Shown piece after piece: positions 54,790 through 64,000 of a DNA stretch of 64,000 nt. The stretch's first letter is position 1. Each line of letters opens with the position of its first letter. Below the pieces are notes generated by a model. It ran no database searches, was not told where the DNA came from, and saw nothing but the letters and a program-made list of their open reading frames with translations. A program made the position numbers and the translations under genes. Source of the DNA: Octopus sinensis (taxonomy: Eukaryota); the NCBI RefSeq assembly GCF_006345805.1, contig NW_021833035.1, forward strand, positions 1-64,000, in the 5' to 3' direction.

Positions 54790-56490
54790 ACTCCGCTGCG
54801 CAAGTTTTGTTCTCACACCACTTATCTCAACTTCTCCCCAATTAAGTCCTTCGGCAACGAGCAACAGATGACGGGAGCAAGAACTGTATGATGTTATAAG
54901 CCCTTAGTCTGGATCCTGCACATGGGTGACGCAGGCAATACGGCCGACTCGATGTTACCCTGGGACTGCACATCGATTCGTGTTCTACCTGCTTGACCAG
55001 GTGGACCTTTTAAGGACTAGCACCGCCTGCCTCAGCTGAAGAGAGGCCTATGAAATGTGGTCTAAAAGACGCCAATCCTTTTTCGCCTGGCCAGGAAATC
55101 GCACCTGGTAGGCCATTCCACACTGTACTCGATGATTAAAAGGAAAATCCTCTCATTTTTGCTACCTGCAACATACGAACCTTGATACACCATGATGACC
55201 ACGTTGGGGCCACGCTCATCGCCTCTGAACTCAAACGATACAATGTGGATATCACTGCACTCAGCGAAACAAGATTTCCTGATGAATGCTTTCTCACTGG
55301 GATACATATACTTCTGGAAAGGCCTTCCTCAATGCAATAATAGAATTCATGGTGTTGGATTTACTGTCCGTTCGTCATTACTGGAGAACATCTCTTCGAT
55401 TGCAACCGATATAAGTGAAAGGCTGATGACTTTCCGAATTCTCCTCAGTAACAAAGTGCACGCCACTATCTTCAGTGTCTATTCCCCAATATTAGAGACT
55501 ATTAAAGACACGAAAGATACCTTCTACGAGTCTCTTAACTCGGTTAAGAGAAGGTTACGTCGCACAGACAAAGGTATTCTTGGAGATTTCAGTGATAGAG
55601 TCGGTTTCAATGTAAACATCTGGCCCAGAGATCTCGGTTCTCATGGGATGGGCAAAATGAATACCAATGGTCTTCACCTTTTGCGCCTGTGTGCCGAGCA
55701 CAATCTCGTGATTACGAAGACCATTTTTCAGCAGCCCAATAAATACAAGTTCTACTGGAGACATCTTCGTTCCAAGATGTGGCATCTCCTCGATTACGTG
55801 AGCGTTCGTGAACATGATCAGAAAGTTGTCCTCCATATCAAATATATGCGTGATGCAGAATGTTGGACCGATCACCGCATGTATGTGTCCTCAGATCCGC
55901 CCTCCTGCCACGAAAAGCAAAGTGTTTCCCATACTCAATGTGGCCTGTTTTTCCAGTACAACGAAACAAGATAAGCTTCAAGAAAACCTCGCTACTGCCT
56001 TCCCACTTCTTCCAGCTCTTTCAGTTCCAAAAGAGCTCCATCGCAATATGGAAAAAACATTGAGAATTATATTGAACAAATCGAGGTCGAACAGAATGAA
56101 TTCAATTCACTCTGGGACTCTGCCATGTCCATCATTTGACAAACTACTGAATCCACTCTTGGAAAAACCCACATGAAGAACCTTGATTTGTTTAATGAAT
56201 CTGCAGACATCATCCAAACTCTTTTGTAGACGAAGAACCATGCTCATAACGCCCACCTCACAAATTCTTGTACCTTAGCCTCAAAGTGGTTTCTGAAGCA
56301 CAAAATGTCTGGTGGCTCCGCAACTCCGAAAAGATCCAATGTTTGGCTGACGAAAATAAATCTTGCGAATTCTACAACTCGATTAAACATATCTTCGGTC
56401 CTTCGCACTGCCCGATTGCACCTGCCCGTGCCGCTGACGGCAATACTTTAATTAAAGAAAAAGAAAAGATCTTTGCGCAATAGACTTCTG
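54790..56490 (+). mobile_element. RTE (BovB-like) LINE 5' half with APE endonuclease, RT absent
   Basis: FATCNIRTL, RIHGVGF, ISERLMT, LGDFSDRVG, WRHLRSKMWHLLDYV (ORF 55192-55974). Confidence 0.85.
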
Positions 56491-56819
56491 CTTACAAATT
56501 CAGAAACCAACAACAAATATTGAACGTGAAACTTTACAGAAGCTCAGCTGTTCATTTAAATAACGGTGCGTATGATTCTGGTTTTCAGGCTGGACACACG
56601 CGCTTATTCTCCTCGCTTCATTCCAAGAATTTCCAAGAAACATGCGAGAACGGTATTACGAGGCAATGGCTTTAGTAAGTTAACATGGCTCGTCTGATAT
56701 TTTCATTTTATAACATTTAATTCAAATTGACCAGAAATTAAGGATAACTTATTTCATGATCTGGGAGCAAGGTATTTCAAACTGAAACTAAAATAACTTT
56801 TGAATGATGTTAAAACGAG

Positions 56820-57215
56820 ACACGTTTTCGATGGAGTTGCTTACTCATTTGCCCATCCATGAGTATCAGAAGAAACGATCACCATGTGGCCATATCTTGA
56901 TAATATTACATGCAGATGACCCGTTGAGAATAGATCAGATTGTTTGCGATGAAGGAAGATGGACAGTGAAGTTGTACAGGATGAAGTAAAACGGCATTTT
57001 CATGGGAGACATGTGAGTGCACCTGGAGTGATGTCGCGCTTGCACGAAAACAGAATACATAACAAATCCCATGCTATTATACTGGCTGCCAGTGCATTTT
57101 CAACAAGAATCCGTCTTTTTCAGAGAAGGTAATGAGAACGAAGCGTTAGAGAGAGACAGAGCTGCCCGTCGTAACACACCGCTGCCATCATGGTTTGTCC
57201 TTAGTAAATGATACA
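56820..57215 (+). mobile_element. Helitron Rep-domain remnant; partial second copy at 59460-59620
   Basis: HEYQKKRSPCGHILIILHADDP resembles Rep motif 2 (EFQKRGLPHAHIL); GRHVSAP...LPVH. Confidence 0.7.
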
Positions 57216-58021
57216 GAAATACAAGACGCCGGTTGCATATTGATATTCCTTATCATTATGTGTGTGACAAAGGGATGACTGTTTGGAAACTACACGAGAG
57301 ATGAGTAGAGAGAATTATTTCAAGACTTTAGTTTCCAAGTCCAAAGCAAGAAGAAATATTTTATCTGAGATTGTTATTGTCATATTTTGAAGAAGCTCGC
57401 ACTTTTTGATGATCTTAAAACAGCTGATGGTGTACGATATAAGTTATGATGAAATAGCTGTCATTGTTTTAAAAAAACACAAGTGGAAATATACTTTATA
57501 AATGAGTGCGACCCATTTTTTCAACTCACAGCGGGAAATGTTACATTTAAGAATTATTGGAATTAAAAAAAAAAAATTTTAACTCCAAAGTCTTTAGATA
57601 CGAAATTTATCAATGGTTGCTTTAATTGTTTTGACAAAATTTTTGGTATTTTTCGCTTGTGTGTAGTACGTACGTGTAAGCAAACACACATACATTCACA
57701 TGCACGCACGCACATAGACACACAACCATACATATGTATATATATATATATATATAGCAACGAATTGCCTCACCACACACCGAATTTAGAAATAGCAGTC
57801 AAAGAGTTATAGCTATTCTTTCTACTAAAAGGGAGATCTCAGTAAAAACACAGCACTTGAAAGGCAAACACAGACAGGTAAGAGAGAATGAAATAACGGC
57901 AATCTATCATACAATTTTAAGTCACCTACGGACGTACGTTTCGAAATTAAGTTTTAGGAAAGCATAAGAATTAGATAATTATATCTTACCCAACTTCTTT
58001 TCTGTGGATGAAAGTTTGTGT

Positions 58022-58112
58022 CCTACGCTGATGAGAAAAGAAGTTGGGTAAGATATAATTATCTAATTCTTATGCTTTCCTAAAACGTAATTTCGAAACG
58101 TACGTCCGTAGG
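58022..58112 (+). ncRNA. Type I hammerhead ribozyme, copy 1
   Basis: cctacg CTGATGA g...c GAAA C gtac G TC cgtagg; predicted cleavage after 58106. Confidence 0.88.
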
Positions 58113-58603
58113 TGACTTAAAATTGTATGATAGATTGCCGTCATTTCATTCTCTCTTACCTGTCTGTGTTTGCCTTTCAAGTGCTGTGTTTTTACTGAGA
58201 TCTCCCTTTTAGTAGAAAGAATAGCTATAACTCTTTGACTGCTATTTCTAAATTCGGTGTGTGGTGAGGCAATTTGTTGCTAAACCCTTAATTGCTTAGT
58301 ATTACTTAAACTTTCCTCGAATGAGGCTTTTACATGCCGAAATCTACTTGGTTTAATTAATAATTATTCCAAATTAATTAATTTCACCCTATATTGTTAC
58401 TGATAACCATATTTCATCTCAGTAATGACCACAGCATCTTGTCTTGGCTACACGCGGGTGGGAAGGGGCTGGTGACACAAACTTTCATTCACACTTTGAA
58501 TTTGGTGGTACTGGTAACGGCTTTAGCTCGCTCTGATACTGAGTTGAGATGATGCCTTCTAGTTTCTCGAAATTTAATATACAATTATTCATAATTGTAG
58601 TGT

Positions 58604-58694
58604 CCTACGCTGATGAGAAAAGAAGTTGGGTAAGATATAATTATCTAATTCTTATGCTTTCCTAAAACTTAATTTCGAAACGTACGTCCGTAGG
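58604..58694 (+). ncRNA. Type I hammerhead ribozyme, copy 2
   Basis: Same core, stem I and stem III as copy 1; predicted cleavage after 58688. Confidence 0.88.
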
Positions 58695-58981
58695 TGACTT
58701 AAAATTATATGATAGATTGCCGTCATTTCATTCTCTCTTACCTGTCTGTGTTTGCCTTTCAAGTGCTGTGTTTTTACTGAGATCTCCCTTTTAGTAGAAA
58801 GAATAGCTATAACTCTTTGACTGCTATTTCTAAATTCGGTGTGTGGTGAGGCAATTCGTTGCTAAACCCTTAATTGCTTAGTATTACTTAAACTTTCCTC
58901 GAATGAGGCTTTTACATGCCGAAATCTACTTGGTGTAATTAATAATTATTCTAAATTAATTAATTTCACCCTATATTGTTA

Positions 58982-59047
<66 letters not shown>

Positions 59048-59415
59048 GTATGTATGTATGTATCATCTGGTGATCTTATGCCATCTCAAGCGTTAAGTCA
59101 ATACCTTTTCATCCGGAATATCTTTATAAGGTGTATTGAATAGATACAAACACTTCACTTGAGGAATAAAATGCCAGCTAATAGCGATAAATCGATACGA
59201 AGTTCATATAATGATTATCCTTCATCAAGAAGATAGATTTGAAGTAGTAACATCTCGTTCTTGACAGCCATTTCTACCTAGAAAACAGACGGGATGTTGA
59301 GGAGGAATAGTTTTTTCAAATTATTTGTATGTAAGCGTCTCATTTTATCTTTAATATATCATGTTTTTGATTATATAATATTTTAGCCATCACAACTGAG
59401 ACTCCACTTATATAA

Positions 59416-59446
<31 letters not shown>

Positions 59447-59709
59447 TGTATGTATGATTTTAGAGTTGTTGCTCATTTATTCACCACTGAGTATCACAAG
59501 GAACGATTGTCATGTGGCCATATCTTAATAATGTTACATGCAGACGACCCGTTGACACAACAAGATCTCTCAATGCAGAGCAACGTTTGCATAACCAAAT
59601 ACCTGCCAACATGGACGACTACGTTTCGTGGAAACAATTGTAGGGTTTACAAATAAATGTTCTTCTATACTCCTTCCTCTTGACTCCGACTTATTCAATT
59701 ATACATCTA

Positions 59710-60936
59710 CACAGACATGAGAGAAGTAAATAGACGTCCCATATAAAATATTGCTCTATGTTTATCCTAACTAGGAAATGTTTATATTTTTTATTAATTG
59801 ACATTTTTGTGTCATGTTTTATACGAGACCGTTTAATCATGTCATGTACAAAAAATGCCTTGGAACTGTCTGAATTTCAAAGAGGCCTATTGAGGGTCAT
59901 TCCGAAGGTAGACATAGCGTAAAATCACAGAAGAACTTGGGCTCCCGCTTTCTACGGTTGATATAGTGAATATGCAATTCACCAGATAGAGGAAGGAATC
60001 CACTTCACTTCGCGAAGATTAACCAGAGCCTTCTGACAAGACCCTTCTCTTTGCTAAGAGAATTGTGGGGGATAATTCTCGTTGCTAGGCCTCTACCATA
60101 GCAGAATAAGTTATGTTAGTCCCAGAACAGCTATCAGGTATCTCCACAAACTTGGTTACTATGGCAGAGCAACAAGAAGGAAACCACTTCTTCGAGCAGC
60201 CAACACCAAGCGGATAAAAGATTGGGCCAGTGAGATGGTAGAGAGGCCACTAGAATTTTGGGACACTGCAATAGTCTCTGATGAGTCTAGATTGCTGTAT
60301 TTCCTGACAGTGGTCGAGTGTCGGTCTGGAGACTCTGTGATCAAAACTTTAATGTGAAAAGATTCCGGCCAAGAAACACGGCAGCTATTCTGTGATGATC
60401 TGGGGAGCAATTTGGAGCAATGATTGATCAGAGTTGGTGGAGTGTGAGAGAAAGATAAACTCAGAAAAATTTATGTTCACATTGCAGAAAGGACACCTTC
60501 CAATCTTCTTCAGTTGTGAAATGATCAAAGAAGACTATTTATGAAAGATAGGGCTCCTTGTCACACAGCTAAAATGAGATGAGAATGGCATTAAAAAGCT
60601 TCCATGACCAAGCCAGTCACCAGATATGAACTCTAATGAACATTTCTGGGACATAATGGACAAGACACTTCATAAAAATAACAAGAAAGCATCATCAAAG
60701 CCAGAACTTTTGAGATTACTGCATGAAACTTGGCAAGAAATTTTGCAAGAGAATATTCGTCATCTAATCAGTAAGATGCCTAATAGGGGCTTTGCATTGA
60801 AAAATGCTAAGAGCATGTCTACTAAGTAGTAGATATTCACATTATGACAATTATTAAATAATTTGTATGTATTATTTCAGATTTGAATAAATTTCAATGA
60901 TTGTAAAGGTGTCTATTTACTTCTGTTATGTCTGTG
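59710..60936 (+). mobile_element. Tc1-like transposon, degraded
   Basis: TIR cacagacatgagagaagtaaatagac / gtctatttacttctgttatgtctgtg; TA TSD; RRKPLL, SDESR, SPDMNSNEHFWD. Confidence 0.9.
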
Positions 60937-61116
60937 TATGTATGTAAGTATGTATATATGTATCTATGTATATACATATATATGTGTAAAAAAAACAAAG
61001 TTAGTGGTTGAAAATAAACAACATAAATGGTCACACAACTTCAAATCATCCCCATAAATTCATACCGTAGAATGATGGATCCTCAGAACGGGAAACTTCT
61101 CTGATGAAGATTTTTT

Positions 61117-61200
61117 TCCTGATGAAGGGGCCGCTGCCGGTTTGGTGTTTTAATGTGTAATGGATCGTGGCAGTGGCTCTTGAAACGGCCGTAGACGTGG
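61117..61200 (+). ncRNA. Hammerhead motif with intact core, stem II and stem III but disrupted stem I
   Basis: CTGATGA aggggccgctgcc...ggcagtggctctt GAAA C ggcc G TA; 13-bp stem II; only 2 bp of stem I remain. Confidence 0.6.
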
Positions 61201-61399
61201 ATTTATTCTTACATTATTTTGGATTCCTTTTTCTTTGGGACTTGACGCCGGATGTATCCCGGATTCACTTAAAATTTAACAGTCTACCTAGTATATTATT
61301 TTCAATCGCCTCGCTATATACATTTATATTTTCTTCATATGTTTTTCTTCATACACTTTTTACAGTTTTTCACACGTTTTTTTTTTATATGTACATATA

Positions 61400-61900
61400 C
61401 ATGTACATTCTTATAACTTCGGGCTTGGTGTCACAAGAAGTTTTGTTCGTCTCTCGCTCAACTGCACCTCACACTTAATAATCAAGGGGTTGCAGTCTGG
61501 AGAGTAAGGTGGCCAGACGTTAGCGATGATGTGGTTGCAGAAATTGTCTGACAGTAATAGGGGTCTCTCGGCAGCCAACCTCTTGACCCAGGACAGCACT
61601 ACCTCCTCCAGGCCTTCGTGTTGAATCAGAGGCCGTGTGAGAAGATGACTGGAGGTATAACTTCGCAATCACTAATGATCACTCCAAAAACCATGATGTT
61701 CACAGTATGTTTGATTTTTATCTCTCTTGGTACATGTCCTCAGATTGCACTGTCCTCAGATTGACACCCAAACATTCTTAAATGTTCGTATTGGAACTTC
61801 CGGTGCGAATGCCAAGCAGTACGGTATGTCATTTCCAAATTTCTGGCAGCGTGAATCGCGTCATTGTGTTGTTTTTCTTACAGACGGTGCCCAACTGTCT
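61400..61900 (-). mobile_element. Tc1/mariner (maT-like) transposase remnant
   Basis: NVWPPYSPDCNPL motif. Confidence 0.7.
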
Positions 61901-62119
61901 CTACTATACTGTGTAGTCGACAAAATACAAAAACAAAGAATGCAGCTACGCGAAATTTAAAATATAAAATGGCAACAATTTACATATTGCACCCTCTCCC
62001 TCTCCCTCTCTATCCCTCTTTCTCTCTCCCGTTCTTTCTCTCTCTCTCGCTGTCTCTCTCTGTTCTCTCTCTCTCTATATATATATGTGTGTATACACAC
62101 GCACACACACACGCACGCA

Positions 62120-62150
<31 letters not shown>

Positions 62151-62151
62151 T

Positions 62152-62211
<60 letters not shown>

Positions 62212-64000
62212 GCATGAATATATCCTTGGGTGTATTTCATTTGAGAGGTTTTTATTCATATTTTATTCTCTCGGATATAGATGAATATATGCTGTCTACT
62301 ATTTTATTAGATCAGTTAATGTCTAGAGAATGTGTTGTGATACATTGCTTCGTTGTGATTCTTTACAGTATGGGTTGTGTAAAATGTAAATATTTTATTG
62401 TCTGGTGATTATACAAGGAATGTTTTGTATGCAGAGAATAGGATTATTTGAGATGTACGATTAAATTGAAAGACAAAAAGATCTTGATATTATTGTTCTA
62501 TTCTTTTCCTTGATATCTTTATCTGTCATTCCCAAGTTGATTGTGGTCAGGTCGCTGTAAAGTCTCATGTTTCATGCATACTATTATTACTTCTTATCCA
62601 TTCTTGTCTTCAAATGATGGTACATGTTCCAGTGAAGATAGATTCCTTTCCAGGAAAAAAATTGCTCTTGGCAAGGAATGAATCACAAGAAACTATGTTG
62701 TCAACTATCTCATTATATTTTTACTTGTATAGTCTACGTTCCGCATACAGAAGGAAGTCTTACGAAATATTCCATCGTATTATTTTAAACCAATGCCTAT
62801 TCAGTGAGTCATTTTCACACAAAAATTATTTTCTATGATCTGGTTAAATACATATTGGGGTATATTTTCTAACGAATATCTGATAAGACTAAAACATGTC
62901 CGGAGTTATCCCCAGACTTACTAAAATTTAGTAATCAATTTCAATTTCGGAATTCTCTCCCTTCCATCTCTTGACAATGGTTATTATTCATTCAGGTGGG
63001 GTTTTTCTCTTCAATACCTGCGTAATTTCGATCAATTAAAAAACTTTTTGGTTCACTACTCTTTGCCCTGCTCCTTATATACGTAATACTTTCACAATCT
63101 TTTCTGAAGTGTCCAGAATTTTCTCTTCCAAGAAATACTGATGCTTCTTGTCTTAATTGAAATAGCATTTCCTTTTCTTTCTTCGTCTTCTCCTTTTTCC
63201 ATTTCTGTTCCTCTCTCTTTATCTCACTCTCACTCCTCCTCTCCATCTCCTTTTGTTTATCTTTCTATCCCTCTCCAATTTATCGCTCTCCCTCATTATT
63301 TCAATGGATAATTTTATGGTGATGTAGTGGTGGTCATCGTCGTATTTGATATCGAATTATGCTTGTAGCACTTCTCTTTCCTATTCATTTCATCTTTATT
63401 CTTTGTAAATGAATGTTAAACGTGAATATGAAATATGAAATATTTTACAAAATAAATTTTCGTTGCAGTTCTCTTCTACATCTCATTGACACTTGGAAAT
63501 GGACGTGAGTAGATTTATATCAATAAATAGACCTATATGTGTGAACATTATGAAAATCGCTACACAAACATTTAATTTATAAGTTCAGTGTAGGAAAATA
63601 TTTTCCTTCTCAAAGTAAATTAGTTGAAAAGAAAATTTTAAAAACTGAGTTCAATAAAAAACAGCCGCATGATGACGAATTCAATTCTTAACATAATTTC
63701 TACTGGTTAAAATTCAATTTTTCGTCAGTTAGCAGGCATTTTGTTAAATTTGACCAAGTGCTGACATTGGGGCAAACTTTACAACAGACAACCTTTAAAC
63801 ATTATAGAACATAGCATATGAATCATTTAAATAATAGAATTAATTAAACAACTTTAAAAACTCATTTTGATTAAACAGATAATATATTCCAAGATGCTTT
63901 GTACCTACACTATGGTAGTAACAACTTTATCCCTTCTTCCTGGTAAAGATATCAATGTTGATCGTCAAACATTTAATATTTAATTTTTTTATTATTATCT

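Larger units (their letters stand above)
57755..58987 (+). mobile_element. Non-coding hammerhead-bearing retrozyme/PLE-like element: inverted LTR + LTR + spacer + LTR, in (TA)n
   Basis: Direct repeats 58018-58405 / 58600-58987; inverted arm 57755-58003 pairs with 58034-58282; (TA)n on both sides; no ORF of 60 aa or more. Confidence 0.88.

Overview
AT-rich, microsatellite-dense animal DNA. It is most likely a cephalopod (Octopus-type) genome; this is inferred from the tRNA-derived SINE families and (TACA)n/(TA)n/(TTA)n density. The window is almost entirely a nested transposon landscape: R4/Dong, CR1, RTE, Tx1/L1-type and Penelope-like (PLE) retroelements, plus mariner/Tc1, piggyBac, Chapaev3 and Helitron elements and SINEs. 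The only host-gene evidence is two + strand exons encoding PAN/Apple-like domains (4842-5070, 14773-14963) and a possible exon between them. Highlights: (1) a non-coding 1.2-kb retrozyme-like element with two tandem canonical hammerhead ribozymes defining a 582-nt monomer, plus an inverted LTR (57755-58987); (2) further hammerhead motifs from unrelated PLE families; (3) an ORF1-only (HAL1-like) retroelement with a 16-bp TSD, inserted in a SINE head inside a Chapaev3 transposon; (4) layered local duplications carrying a four-copy exon-like module. Most ORFs in the supplied track are microsatellite translations. No CRISPR, rRNA or bona fide tRNA gene is supported. All family assignments come from manual motif recognition; no database search was run.
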